From assembly GCA_015231405.1 (NCBI GenBank), contig JADGBR010000001.1, positions 283,964 to 347,963 of the forward strand: DNA of 64,000 nucleotides, in the 5' to 3' direction. The notes under the pieces were generated by a model. It worked only from the letters and a program-made list of their open reading frames with translations, had not been told where the DNA came from and made no database searches. The first letter of the stretch is position 1, and the number at the start of each line of letters is the position of its first letter. Made by a program: the position numbers and the translations under genes. Shown piece by piece: positions 1-9,723 of this stretch. The DNA is from Candidatus Omnitrophota bacterium (GTDB lineage Bacteria > Omnitrophota > Gorgyraeia > Tantalellales > Tantalellaceae).

Positions 1-2
1 CC

Positions 3-1409
3 CAGCACCTTGGCGCGTATAAAGTTGATACGCCAAGGGGATCCGTTACTTTTCTGGATACGCCGGGACACGAGGCTTTTACCGCTATGAGGGCCAGAGG
101 CGCCAACGCGACGGACATAGTCGTCCTTGTAGTGGCCGCGGATGACGGAGTAATGCCGCAGACTAAAGAGGCAATAGACCATGCACGGGCCGCTAATGTG
201 CCTATAATAGTTGCTATTAACAAATGCGATCTTCCCGGAGCTAATCCCAATAAAGTTAAAATAGGGCTGCAGGTAGAGAATCTAACATGCGAGGATTTCG
301 GCGGTAAGACGGTAATGGTCAAAGTTTCAGCTAAGACGGGCGAAGGAGTGAACACGCTTATCGAGATGCTTATGCTTGAGGCTGAACTTCTTGAATTGAA
401 ATCGAACCCCGAAATACGCGCCAGGGGGATAGTCCTCGACGCCAAGATATCCGCGGGACAGGGAGTTACGACGAACGTGCTCGTACAGAACGGGACATTG
501 CGTGTTGGGGATGTTGTCCTTACGGGGATCTATTTCGGAAAGATAAAGGCCATGATAAACGGCACCGGGGACAGGATATCCGAGGCTTTGCCATCCACAC
601 CTGTTGAGATCCTTGGTATCCAGGGAGTGCCGGAAGCCGGCGATACGTTCTATGTCGTTAAGGACGAGAAGAAGGCTAAAACCCTTTCGGAGCTCAAACA
701 GCAGGAAACGAGAAAGAACAGGATAGTTGGGAGCCAGAGGGTCACGCTTGAGCAGTTCCACGACATGGTCATCGGCGGCGAGATTAAGGAACTTAAAATA
801 ATATTGAAAGGCGATGTACAGGGGTCCGTCCAGGCGATAATCAAGTCCCTGACCGAATTGGCGACGGACGAAGTGAAAGTTACTTTTGTCCATACAATGG
901 TCGGAGATATAAACGAATCCGATATTATGCTCGCGATGGTCACTAACTCCGTTATTATTGGGTTCAGCGTGAAGGTTGAACCTAAAGCGGAAGCACTCGC
1001 GAAAGTTGAGAATATTGACGTACGTACTTACGATATTATATATGAGGCTATTGAGGACATTAAAGCGGCAATGGAAGGGCTTCTTGAGCCTATAGAGCAG
1101 GAGATCGTGCAGGGATATGCCGAGGTCAGAGCGGTATTCCCGTCACGGAACGGTAAGGCCGCGGGATGCGTCGTCACCAGGGGCATTGTCCACCGTAAAG
1201 ACAAGATCAAAGTTAAGCGTAATAAGGAGATAATCTTTACGGGTTCTATGGACGCCCTCAAACGGTTCAAGGACGATGTAAAGGAAGTAAGGGAAGGGAC
1301 CGAATGCGGTATATCCCTCCAGGGTTCAAATGATATCAAAGAAGGGGATATCATCGAGGCTTACATCATCGAAAAAATCGCCCGAAGGCTTGAAAAGACA
1401 AAAAAATAA
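3..1409 (+). CDS. infB: Translation initiation factor IF-2 (5'-truncated by the window edge)
   Basis: Frame open from position 3: FLDTPGHEAFTAMRARGA, VAINKCD, KGDVQGS, LKRFKDDVKEV, GTECGI. Confidence 0.97.
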   Translation, partial: QHLGAYKVDTPRGSVTFLDTPGHEAFTAMRARGANATDIVVLVVAADDGVMPQTKEAIDHARAANVPIIVAINKCDLPGANPNKVKIGLQVENLTCEDFGGKTVMVKVSAKTGEGVNTLIEMLMLEAELLELKSNPEIRARGIVLDAKISAGQGVTTNVLVQNGTLRVGDVVLTGIYFGKIKAMINGTGDRISEALPSTPVEILGIQGVPEAGDTFYVVKDEKKAKTLSELKQQETRKNRIVGSQRVTLEQFHDMVIGGEIKELKIILKGDVQGSVQAIIKSLTELATDEVKVTFVHTMVGDINESDIMLAMVTNSVIIGFSVKVEPKAEALAKVENIDVRTYDIIYEAIEDIKAAMEGLLEPIEQEIVQGYAEVRAVFPSRNGKAAGCVVTRGIVHRKDKIKVKRNKEIIFTGSMDALKRFKDDVKEVREGTECGISLQGSNDIKEGDIIEAYIIEKIARRLEKTKK

Positions 1410-1415
1410 CTTATA

Positions 1416-2414
1416 ATGCAGCTCACCAGAAAGAACATTCTCAGCGGGATGAGGCCTACCGGCTTGTTACACCTCGGCCATTACGTCGGCGTTCTCAAGA
1501 ACTGGGTTAAATTACAGGAAGAGTATGACTGTTATTTTATGGTCGCCGACTGGCACGCGCTTTTAAGCGAATATGAGAATCCTGAGGGCATTAGGAAGAA
1601 CGGGATCGAGATGGTCAAGGACTGGATATCCGTAGGCATTGACCCATTAAAGAGCGTCATGTTCATCCAGAGCGCGGTAAAGGAACATCTCGAGCTCGCC
1701 ATGGTCTTTTCTCTTTTAACGCCGCTCGGGTGGCTCGAAAGATGTACGACTTATAAGGAGCAGCTACGAGAGATAAAGGGGCGTATGATCGCGACCCACG
1801 GTTTTTTGGGTTATCCTGTCCTTCAGGCGGCGGATATCGCGCTTTACAACTCTCACGCTGTCCCTGTGGGCATAGACCAGCTTCCTCACCTTGAGCTTAC
1901 CAGGGAAATAATCCGGAAATTCAATTCCCTGTATAAAAAAGAGGTGTTCAATGAGCCGCTTGACCTCTTGACGAATTTTCCCAAACTGGTTGGCCTGGAT
2001 AACAGGAAGATGTCAAAAAGTTACGATAATTTTATAGCGATTTCGGATACGCGTGAAACCGTGAAAAAGAAGGTGCGGAGCATGTATACCGACCCTAACC
2101 GGATAAGCGCCGACGTTCCGGGGAATGTCGAGGGTAATCCCGTTTTCGTTTATCACGATATATTTAATGACAATGTCAACGAGGTCGAAGACCTCAAGGA
2201 CAGGTATAGGAAAGGAAAGGTCGGCGATGTGGAGGTTAAGGCGAAACTTGAAGCGGCTTTAAACAAATTTCTCGATCCCATCAGGGAGAAAAGGACGGCC
2301 CTTTCCGATGAATACATCCTTAAGGTCCTTGAGGACGGCGCTAAAAGAGCCGCTTTAACGGCGGACCGCACAATGCGTGAGGTCAAGAAGTGTTTACGGC
2401 ACGCGGTATGCTAG
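1416..2414 (+). CDS. trpS: Tryptophanyl-tRNA synthetase
   Basis: SGMRPTGLLHLGHY (HIGH-like), YPVLQAADI, VPVGIDQ, KMSKS. Confidence 0.96.
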   Translation: MQLTRKNILSGMRPTGLLHLGHYVGVLKNWVKLQEEYDCYFMVADWHALLSEYENPEGIRKNGIEMVKDWISVGIDPLKSVMFIQSAVKEHLELAMVFSLLTPLGWLERCTTYKEQLREIKGRMIATHGFLGYPVLQAADIALYNSHAVPVGIDQLPHLELTREIIRKFNSLYKKEVFNEPLDLLTNFPKLVGLDNRKMSKSYDNFIAISDTRETVKKKVRSMYTDPNRISADVPGNVEGNPVFVYHDIFNDNVNEVEDLKDRYRKGKVGDVEVKAKLEAALNKFLDPIREKRTALSDEYILKVLEDGAKRAALTADRTMREVKKCLRHAVC

Positions 2415-2429
2415 AAAACTGACAAGCAT

Positions 2430-3158
2430 ATGTCTTATAAAGTAAAACTGAATTTTTTTGAAGGCCCGCTGGACCTGCTTTTATTCCTTATCAGGAAAGA
2501 ACGCATCGACATCTACGATATCCCGATATCTAAAATAACCGAGCAGTATCTGAATTACCTAGAGCTTATGCAGCTTTTGGACCTTGATGTTGCCGGAGAA
2601 TTTCTCGTAATGGCGGCCACTCTTATGCACATTAAGAGCAAGCTGCTCCTTCCTCCCGATCCCGAAGAGATAGCGGAGGGAGTCGAGGAAGACCCAAGAG
2701 ACGAACTTGTACGAAGGCTCCTGGAATATAAAAAGTACAAGGAAGCCGCCGAGAGCCTGCGCACTATGTACGATCAGAATCGCGAGCATTTCTTCCGGAG
2801 CGGGTCGGGCACCCAGGAAACGTTCGTGGGCGACGACGGGGAGACATATTTCGAAGCGAGCCTGTTCGATCTTATTAACGCGTTCAGGACGGTGTTGTCC
2901 AAGATACCTAAAGAGACGTTCCACCAGGTCATCAAGGAGATGTACACCGTCCACGATAAAATATCATTCATTAAAAGCGCCCTCGCTGAGTACGGTAAGG
3001 TAGGCTTTTTATCGCTGTTCGAGCCCACTGCCTCTAAATCTGAGATAATTGCGACGTTCCTGGCCATGCTCGAGCTCATGAAGATGCGAGAGGCGATCAT
3101 AGTCCAGAAGGAAGACAGAGGAGAGATCTTTCTCTTAAAATTTACGGGGAATATGTGA
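2430..3158 (+). CDS. scpA: Segregation/condensation protein A (kleisin)
   Basis: FEGPLDLLLFLI, EFLVMAATLMHIKSKLLLP, FLAMLEL. Confidence 0.95.
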   Translation: MSYKVKLNFFEGPLDLLLFLIRKERIDIYDIPISKITEQYLNYLELMQLLDLDVAGEFLVMAATLMHIKSKLLLPPDPEEIAEGVEEDPRDELVRRLLEYKKYKEAAESLRTMYDQNREHFFRSGSGTQETFVGDDGETYFEASLFDLINAFRTVLSKIPKETFHQVIKEMYTVHDKISFIKSALAEYGKVGFLSLFEPTASKSEIIATFLAMLELMKMREAIIVQKEDRGEIFLLKFTGNM

Positions 3159-3316
3159 TGAAGAATGATCCGAAATATATGATACGGAATTCAGAATTCA
3201 GGATCCAGAATCCGGAATACGGAATACGGGATCGAAAGGGAATATTTATGCGACGTTCCAGATCCCGTATCGGCTATTCCTGGTTATCCATTGTAAAATA
3301 TGCGGGGTTAAAATGA
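3158..3316 (+). CDS. Unannotated 52-aa bridging ORF across the heptamer-repeat spacer (MKNDPKYMIRNSEFRIQNPEYGIRD...AGLK)
   Basis: ATG overlaps the scpA stop (TGATG) and TGA overlaps the scpB start (ATGA). No stop in between. Translation is unproven. Confidence 0.4.
   Translation: MKNDPKYMIRNSEFRIQNPEYGIRDRKGIFMRRSRSRIGYSWLSIVKYAGLK
3184..3290. repeat. Degenerate 7-mer tandem repeat (NCRGRAT x7) followed by an inverted tract
   Basis: ACGGAAT TCAGAAT TCAGGAT CCAGAAT CCGGAAT ACGGAAT ACGGGAT at 3184-3232. GATCCCGTAT at 3261-3270 is the reverse complement of 3224-3233. Confidence 0.85.
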
Positions 3317-4077
3317 CTGAAAATACGGGACTTGACGGGATAATAGAGGCTTTGTTCATAGCCGCCGAGAATGGGATCAGTATCGACGAGATCAAAAAAG
3401 CGCTTGACGGTATCGCTGAGGACCCTGAAATACTTGCCGCGATAGGCCGGCTTAAAGAGGAATACGTAAAGGAAGAAAGGGCGTTCCACCTGATGGAGGT
3501 AGCCGGCCGATACAGGATCGCGACAAAACCTAAATACGTGAAATGGATAAACAACCTTTATAAGATTGAACCCGAAAGGCTTACCGGTCCGGCACTTGAG
3601 TCGCTCGCCATACTGGCATATAAACAGCCGGCTACGAGGGCTGAGATCGAGGCTGTAAGGGGGGTCGGAGTCGGTGGGGTGCTCAATACCCTTCTTGAGA
3701 AAGGATTGATCAAGATCAAAGGACGGAAAGAGGTTATAGGGCGTCCGCTCTTATACGCTACCACCGAAAAATTTCTCGAACTTTTCGGTTTGAATTCACT
3801 TGATGATCTTCCGGCGCTCAGGACTTATACCCAGGAGGACCTTGAATTCGGGAAGAAGGACGAGAGCCAGTTAGTTCCGAAGGAGGGCGACGCTGACCGG
3901 GAAGGAGAGCCGAAGGACGCCGATCCTTCCGGACATGGAACTCATTCGGAAGGAGAGTCCACCGAATACCTCCCGGACGATGTCCCCGCCAGCGTGGACG
4001 ACCCGGCCGAGCCGGAAGAGCGGCATGACGCCCCTGATGACGAAAGTGTTTCGGGGATCGAAGAGACCAGTAAGTAG
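3313..4077 (+). CDS. scpB: Segregation/condensation protein B with an acidic C-terminal tail
   Basis: IIEALFIAA, LESLAILAYKQPATRAEIEAVRGV, GRPLLYATTEKFLELFGLNSLDDLP. Confidence 0.96.
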   Translation: MTENTGLDGIIEALFIAAENGISIDEIKKALDGIAEDPEILAAIGRLKEEYVKEERAFHLMEVAGRYRIATKPKYVKWINNLYKIEPERLTGPALESLAILAYKQPATRAEIEAVRGVGVGGVLNTLLEKGLIKIKGRKEVIGRPLLYATTEKFLELFGLNSLDDLPALRTYTQEDLEFGKKDESQLVPKEGDADREGEPKDADPSGHGTHSEGESTEYLPDDVPASVDDPAEPEERHDAPDDESVSGIEETSK

Positions 4078-4187
4078 TGGATAATTACGGCGGGAGAATT
4101 ATAGAATACAGAATAAAGAAGGGATGGGGTTTATTATGGGACCTGAATACTGGATTCTGGGTCCTAAGAAAGAGAGGCTTGTCATGA
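4077..4187 (+). CDS. Unannotated 36-aa bridging ORF across the second heptamer spacer (VDNYGGRIIEYRIKKGWGLLWDLNTGFWVLRKRGLS)
   Basis: GTG overlaps the scpB stop (TAGTG) and TGA overlaps the pheA ATG at 4184 (ATGA). No internal stop. Confidence 0.35.
   Translation: MDNYGGRIIEYRIKKGWGLLWDLNTGFWVLRKRGLS
4093..4167. repeat. Degenerate 7-mer tract (AGAAT units) plus inverted tract
   Basis: ggagaat tatagaat acagaat aaagaag, then gacctga atactgg attctgg gtcctaa. ATTCTGG is the reverse complement of the CCAGAAT unit at 3205. Confidence 0.6.
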
Positions 4188-5260
4188 ATAAGAAAATAAG
4201 CTCGATCGAATCGCTGCGTGACAGGATCGACAGTGTCGACCGCGAACTCGTCAGCCTTCTCAACGAAAGAGGAAAGATCAGCCAGGAGATCGGCCACTAT
4301 AAAAAGTCGATCAATCGGGCGGTGTACGCTCCCGACAGGGAAGCCATGGTCTATAAAGGAGCGGTTGGTAAGAACAAAGGTCCCTTGAAGAACGATTCCA
4401 TAAAAGCGATATATCGTGAGATAATGTCAGCTTGCCTTTCAGTCGAAAAAGACCTGATAATCGCGTTCCTAGGCCCTGAGCTCACTTTTACGCACCAGGC
4501 CGCCGTTAAAAAATTCGGTCAAAGCGTCAAGTACCTTCCATGTGAAAATATTTCTGATGTTTACACGGAAGTTGAAAAAGGTAACGCGGATTACGGCGTT
4601 GTGCCTATAGAGAATTCCACGGAAGGCGCCGTGACCCATACAATGGACATGTTCGTCGATTCCGACCTAAAGATATGCGCGGAGATCTTCATGAGGATCT
4701 CGCACAGCATCCTCTCTTCCGCGAAAAGCTTAAGGGAGATCAAAAAAGTTTATTCACATCCCAGCGTTTTTGGACAGTGCCGGGGATGGATAGAGAAGAA
4801 TATACCTTACGCGAGGCTCGAGGACGTTTCATCTACGGTGAAGGCCGCTCAAAAAGCCGGGAAGGATCACGGCGCGGCGTGCATAGGGAGCGAATGGGCG
4901 GCGTCCAGATACGGACTTAATATCCTCTCCAGGATGATAGAGGACTCGTCCAGGAATTTCACCAGATTCCTGGTCATAGGCAAAGAGATGGGGCAGCCAT
5001 CCGGGAAGGACAAGACATCGCTAATGTTCTCCGTCAAGGATAAACCCGGAGTATTGCACGACATGCTCGGCGCTTTTAAAAAGAGGGGGATCAATCTGTC
5101 CAGGATCGAGTCCCGGCCGTCAAAAGTTAAGGCCTGGAAATACTATTTCTATTTGGACCTCGAAGGACACAGCGCTGAACCAAAGGTGCAAAAAGCGCTT
5201 GAAGATCTTAATTTGAATTGTATTTTCGTCAAAGTACTTGGATCGTATCCAAAGGGCTGA
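4184..5260 (+). CDS. pheA: Bifunctional chorismate mutase/prephenate dehydratase
   Basis: LRDRIDSVDRELVSLLNER (CM domain), FLGPELTFTHQAA, VVPIENSTEG, NFTRF, ACT domain LSRIESRPS. Start moved to ATG 4184. Confidence 0.95.
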   Translation: MNKKISSIESLRDRIDSVDRELVSLLNERGKISQEIGHYKKSINRAVYAPDREAMVYKGAVGKNKGPLKNDSIKAIYREIMSACLSVEKDLIIAFLGPELTFTHQAAVKKFGQSVKYLPCENISDVYTEVEKGNADYGVVPIENSTEGAVTHTMDMFVDSDLKICAEIFMRISHSILSSAKSLREIKKVYSHPSVFGQCRGWIEKNIPYARLEDVSSTVKAAQKAGKDHGAACIGSEWAASRYGLNILSRMIEDSSRNFTRFLVIGKEMGQPSGKDKTSLMFSVKDKPGVLHDMLGAFKKRGINLSRIESRPSKVKAWKYYFYLDLEGHSAEPKVQKALEDLNLNCIFVKVLGSYPKG

Positions 5261-5319
5261 GTTTTATGCGGTAAAGAGAAAGGCGCGCCATTGGTCTTAC
5301 GCTGAGCAAGAGGTGAATC

Positions 5320-6420
5320 ATGAAACGGATATGGAAAAAGAGCCTCGATGAAATAAATCCCTATATTCCCGGAAAACCCATTGAGGAAGTTAAACGTGAA
5401 TTGGGCCTTTCGGATGTCGTTAAACTGGCCTCGAACGAGAGCCCTCTTCCGCCGTCTCCTAAAGTTATAGAAGCCATTAAAAGGGAAGCCGCGAATGTTA
5501 ACAGATATCCCGACGGCGGAGGTTTTTACCTCAAGAAAGCCATTTCAGGAAAACTTGGACTTCCCGCGGCAAATATTGTTCTCGGTAATGGTTCGGATGA
5601 GGTGTTGACCACCTTGCTCAGGACTTTCATTGAGCCGGGAGATGAGATCGTGATCGCGAAGCCTACTTTTCTTATGTATAAGATCTCGGCCGCTATCGAA
5701 GGTGCTGTTGTCAGGGAAGTCCCGATGATCGATTTTAAATATGATATTGACGGTATGCTAAAAGCCCTTGGGCCAAGGACAAAAGCGCTGATAATCGCTA
5801 ATCCCGATAATCCCACCGGAACTTACGTGAATATCGGGCAATTAGAACGGATTATCGAAGAACTGAGCCCGGATATCCTCCTGGTCCTTGATGAAGCCTA
5901 TTATGAGATGGCCCGCGGCGGGGATTATCCCGAATCCGTAGACTATTTTAAGAAAGGGATGAATAATCTCGTTATAGCGAGGACTTTCTCTAAAGTTTAC
6001 GCACTGGCGGGATTAAGGGCTGGATACGCGATAATGGACAAGGACATAGCCGCGCTGTACGATAAGGTGAGAGACCCGTTCAACGTGAATTCCATAGCGC
6101 AGGCCGCCGCCATAGCTGCACTTGAAGATGAAGCTTACATGAACAAGGTCCTTGATATCATCAGGAAAGGAAAAGAAAGGTTCTATTCATTTTTCGAGAA
6201 TATGGGAGTCGAATTCATTAATAGCCGTACGAATTTCGTTCTCGTTAAGATAGGTGCCGATTCTTCCCCGTTCTCAAAGGCCTTATTGAAAAAAGGCGTG
6301 ATAGTGAGGGATATGTCGGCATGGGGACTTGACGGTTACATCCGCGTCAACGCCGGTACGGAATCGGAGAACGATAAATTCTGCCAAGCCTTTGAAGAAG
6401 CCCTTGGAGAGCGCCGATGA
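5320..6420 (+). CDS. hisC: Histidinol-phosphate/aromatic aminotransferase
   Basis: KLASNE, NRYPD, GNGSDE, NPDNPTG, DEAY, RTFSKVYALAGLRAGY. Confidence 0.93.
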   Translation: MKRIWKKSLDEINPYIPGKPIEEVKRELGLSDVVKLASNESPLPPSPKVIEAIKREAANVNRYPDGGGFYLKKAISGKLGLPAANIVLGNGSDEVLTTLLRTFIEPGDEIVIAKPTFLMYKISAAIEGAVVREVPMIDFKYDIDGMLKALGPRTKALIIANPDNPTGTYVNIGQLERIIEELSPDILLVLDEAYYEMARGGDYPESVDYFKKGMNNLVIARTFSKVYALAGLRAGYAIMDKDIAALYDKVRDPFNVNSIAQAAAIAALEDEAYMNKVLDIIRKGKERFYSFFENMGVEFINSRTNFVLVKIGADSSPFSKALLKKGVIVRDMSAWGLDGYIRVNAGTESENDKFCQAFEEALGERR

Positions 6421-7433
6421 TAATCGTCCTCGAGCCAAACGTCACAAAGGCGGAGATAGCCCATCTGATGGACAAGATCGAAAAGATGGGTCTCAAGCCC
6501 TGGCTTTCGGAAGGCGAGGAAAGGCGGATAATAGGCGTTATAGGGAAAGAGGATATTCTTCGACTGAAACCCCTCGAAGGCATTCCCGGCGTCGAAAAAG
6601 TCATACCTATACTTAAGCCATATAAACTGGCTTCGTTGGAGTATAAGCGTACTCCAAGCGAAATTACCCTGGGTAATGGCCTTACTATAGGGGGCGGTAA
6701 GATAGTTGTCATGGCCGGTCCCTGCTCTGTTGAGGGCCGGGAGATGCTTTTTGAAGTGGCGAGATCGGTAAAAAAATCCGGCGCGACCGTACTCCGGGGA
6801 GGAGCTTTTAAGCCTAGGACAAGCCCTTACAGTTTCCAGGGCCTAGGAGAAGAAGGGCTGAAATACCTTCGCGAAGCGGCAGATGCGACAGGGCTCCTAG
6901 TCGTTACTGAGCTTATGGATACGAGGAACCTGGATCTGGTGATGAGGTATACCGACATTATCCAGATCGGAGCCCGAAATATGCAGAATTTCGATCTTTT
7001 AAAAGAGGTTGGCAAGGTGAGGAAGCCGGTCCTCTTGAAAAGAGGTATGTCCTCGACCATCAAAGAATTACTCATGAGCGCTGAATATATCCTTTCCGGA
7101 GGGAATCCGGATGTCATATTGTGCGAGAGGGGGATAAGAACATTCGAGGATTTCACCAGGTTTACCCTCGATATTAACGCCGTACCGGCGGTGAAATCAC
7201 TTTCCCATCTGCCGATAATAGTCGACCCGTCGCACGCCTCAGGGAAATGGGGGCTTGTAAAGGCGTTGGCATTGGCCTCGATCGCCGCCGGCGCTGATGG
7301 ACTCATCGTCGAAGTACATTCTTCGCCTGAAGATGCGGTATCGGACGGAGATCAGTCCCTTGTTCCCGAAAGGTTCGCCGCCATGATGAAAGATATCTCG
7401 AAAGTTGCACTGGCCCTCGGGCGCGGGATATGA
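6417..7433 (+). CDS. aroF: DAHP synthase (class I-beta with N-terminal ACT-like domain)
   Basis: AGPCSVE, LRGGAFKPRTSPYSFQGLG, QIGARNMQNF, CERGIRTF, DPSHASG. Confidence 0.95.
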   Translation: MIIVLEPNVTKAEIAHLMDKIEKMGLKPWLSEGEERRIIGVIGKEDILRLKPLEGIPGVEKVIPILKPYKLASLEYKRTPSEITLGNGLTIGGGKIVVMAGPCSVEGREMLFEVARSVKKSGATVLRGGAFKPRTSPYSFQGLGEEGLKYLREAADATGLLVVTELMDTRNLDLVMRYTDIIQIGARNMQNFDLLKEVGKVRKPVLLKRGMSSTIKELLMSAEYILSGGNPDVILCERGIRTFEDFTRFTLDINAVPAVKSLSHLPIIVDPSHASGKWGLVKALALASIAAGADGLIVEVHSSPEDAVSDGDQSLVPERFAAMMKDISKVALALGRGI

Positions 7434-8311
7434 AAGGTTTTAAGATGAAACAAGAAAAAAAACAATTCAGTAAAGTCGTTATAATAGGTATGGGCCTCAT
7501 TGGGGGTTCCATCGGTAAGGCCTTGTTGGAAAAAAGGATAGCACTCGAGGTCGTAGGGGTTTTTAGAAGGAAGATATCACTTGAAAAAGCGATTAAAGAA
7601 AAGTCGCTTTCCGGAGGATATGTCGATGACTATAACGAGGCTTTAAAGGGCGCCGAGCTCATTATCATAGCGACGCCAGTCAATACAATAATGCGCGTTC
7701 TGGAAAGGCTTTCAAAAGAAGTGAAGGATAGGGAAGTTATAGTTACAGATGTCGGCAGTACGAAAAAAGAGATAGTCGATTACGCCCGTCAATTCCGGTC
7801 GAAGTTCATTTTCATCGGCGCCCACCCAATTGCAGGTTCCGAAAGAACGGGGGTCGAGTATTCAAAAAGCGGACTTTTTACGGGGTCGATCTGCGTGCTC
7901 ACAAGGGATAGATATATCCCCCGAAAGGCGTTCGCCAGACTTAAATCCCTGTGGACGGCGCTCGGCGCCAAAGTCGATATCATCTCCCCTCATCAGCATG
8001 ATAGGTTCCTAGCTTTTACCAGCCATCTGCCGCATGCGGTAGCGTACGCGCTTGCCGGGTCAGAGTCGCCCGACATGGCTAAATATATGGCAACGGGGTT
8101 CAGGGATACGGCGAGGATAGCGTCATCTGACCCGTCGCTTTGGGCAGATATTTTCCTCAGTAACCGAGGGAACCTGCTGAAAGCCATTAAGGTGTATCGT
8201 GAACGGTTGGGCCTTATAGAAAAATTCGTAAGGCGAGTCGATCGGGAAGGTCTCCGTAAAACTCTGAAAAGTTGTAAGGGGGTCATGGATGCGGTCAGAA
8301 AAGAAGATTAA
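7430..8311 (+). CDS. tyrA: Prephenate/arogenate dehydrogenase
   Basis: IGMGLIGGS, TDVGSTK, HPIAGSE, TSHLPH, GFRDTARIASS. Confidence 0.93.
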   Translation: MKGFKMKQEKKQFSKVVIIGMGLIGGSIGKALLEKRIALEVVGVFRRKISLEKAIKEKSLSGGYVDDYNEALKGAELIIIATPVNTIMRVLERLSKEVKDREVIVTDVGSTKKEIVDYARQFRSKFIFIGAHPIAGSERTGVEYSKSGLFTGSICVLTRDRYIPRKAFARLKSLWTALGAKVDIISPHQHDRFLAFTSHLPHAVAYALAGSESPDMAKYMATGFRDTARIASSDPSLWADIFLSNRGNLLKAIKVYRERLGLIEKFVRRVDREGLRKTLKSCKGVMDAVRKED

Positions 8312-8990
8312 CGCCGTAGCGATCGATGGCCCGGCGGGCAGCGGGAAAAGCACCGTATCCCGTAAGGTAGCCAATAAACTCGGCTACACCTATATCGACA
8401 CAGGGGCGATGTACAGGGCGCTGACTCTTAAGATCATGGAAAAAAATATAGATCTTGAAGATTCCGAAAGGATCATCCGTGAATCAGGATCTTTCACCCT
8501 GGAGTTACAAACGTCCGGAATGAGTGACTCGACGATCAGGGTTTTACTTGACTCGAGGGATGTAAGTGACCTGATCCGCGACCCGGAGGTCACGCGAAAC
8601 GTTAAATATGTGGCCGTTGTTCCGGAAGTCAGGGCGAACCTGGTCAAGATGCAACAGAAAATGATAGCGAGCTTAGATGGTTCTGTGATGGAAGGAAGGG
8701 ATATCGGCACCGTTGTAATCCCTGACGCCAGGTATAAAATATTTCTGGACGCTTCCTTTAGTGAAAGGGTGGAAAGGCGATATCGCGAATTAATGGCGAA
8801 GGGCAACGACGTCATAATAGATGAAGTGGCGAAGGATCTCGAGGAAAGGGATAATTCAGATTACAGAAGGGCAGTGGGCCCTTTAAAAATGGCCGATGAC
8901 GCTCATCGCCTTGATACTACGGGTATGAGCATAGACGAGGTCGTTGACGCAATAGTCAGCGTCGTTCATGGCGACCGGGGCGGGAAATAA
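8289..8990 (+). CDS. cmk: Cytidylate kinase
   Basis: AIDGPAGSGKST, IDTGAMYRA, MEGRDIGTVV. Confidence 0.96.
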   Translation: MRSEKKINAVAIDGPAGSGKSTVSRKVANKLGYTYIDTGAMYRALTLKIMEKNIDLEDSERIIRESGSFTLELQTSGMSDSTIRVLLDSRDVSDLIRDPEVTRNVKYVAVVPEVRANLVKMQQKMIASLDGSVMEGRDIGTVVIPDARYKIFLDASFSERVERRYRELMAKGNDVIIDEVAKDLEERDNSDYRRAVGPLKMADDAHRLDTTGMSIDEVVDAIVSVVHGDRGGK

Positions 8991-8992
8991 CT

Positions 8993-9601
8993 ATGATGTA
9001 CGATATTTCGAGGGATATTCTCGCGTTAATGGTGAAACTTTTATACAAAGTCAAAATATTCGACAGAAAGAACATTCCATCCGGGCCGTTCATCGTTGCG
9101 AGTAACCATTTAAGCTATCTCGACCCCCCGCTGGTCGGGCTTATATTCAGGAAACATAAACTTAACTTCATGGCAAAAAAGGAGCTTTTTGAAAAGCCCA
9201 TTATCGGACGCTGGTTCCATTTGGTGAAGTGTATACCGTTAGACCGCGGTAAGAACAGCGTGACCAGTATGAGGGAGGCCATAAAAAGGCTTAAAGACGG
9301 CAAGAACCTGGCGATATTCCCCGAAGGCACGCGTTCCGAGGATGGAGGTATCCAGGAGGCTAAAAGGGGAGTAGGGTTCATAATCGCTAAAGCCGCCGTG
9401 CCCGTCATCCCGGTCTATATCCATGGTACTAACGTGGGTCTGTCTAAAAAAGGTAAAATGAAATTATGGGCCAAGGTGACAGCCAGGGTCGGTGAGCCTA
9501 TATCGCCGCAAGAGATCATGGCCAATAATCCCGATAAGAAAGATTATTCAGAGATATCAACATATGTGATGAAGAAGATAACGGAACTGGGGAAACAGTG
9601 A
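8993..9601 (+). CDS. plsC: 1-acyl-sn-glycerol-3-phosphate acyltransferase
   Basis: SNHLSYLD (NHX4D), FMAKKELF, IFPEGTRS. Confidence 0.92.
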   Translation: MMYDISRDILALMVKLLYKVKIFDRKNIPSGPFIVASNHLSYLDPPLVGLIFRKHKLNFMAKKELFEKPIIGRWFHLVKCIPLDRGKNSVTSMREAIKRLKDGKNLAIFPEGTRSEDGGIQEAKRGVGFIIAKAAVPVIPVYIHGTNVGLSKKGKMKLWAKVTARVGEPISPQEIMANNPDKKDYSEISTYVMKKITELGKQ

Positions 9602-9655
9602 GCCTGTTTTCCGGCTATGTCCGTGTTCTCCGGGATGAATTAATATTTATTGTTC

Positions 9656-9684
9656 TTGCATCTTTTACTCGAAAAGGTTACAAT
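9656..9684 (+). promoter_or_regulatory. Sigma70-type promoter for rpsA
   Basis: TTGCAT-17 bp-TACAAT upstream of an AAGGAG SD and GTG 9724. Confidence 0.6.
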
Positions 9685-9723
9685 ATTTGTCCTAAAATCG
9701 TATAAAAAAAGGAGTTGGTCTAG

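Noticed and set aside
3184-3232. Tandem repeats as a possible CRISPR array
   Set aside because: The units are 7 nt, contiguous and degenerate, with no unique spacers and no cas genes.
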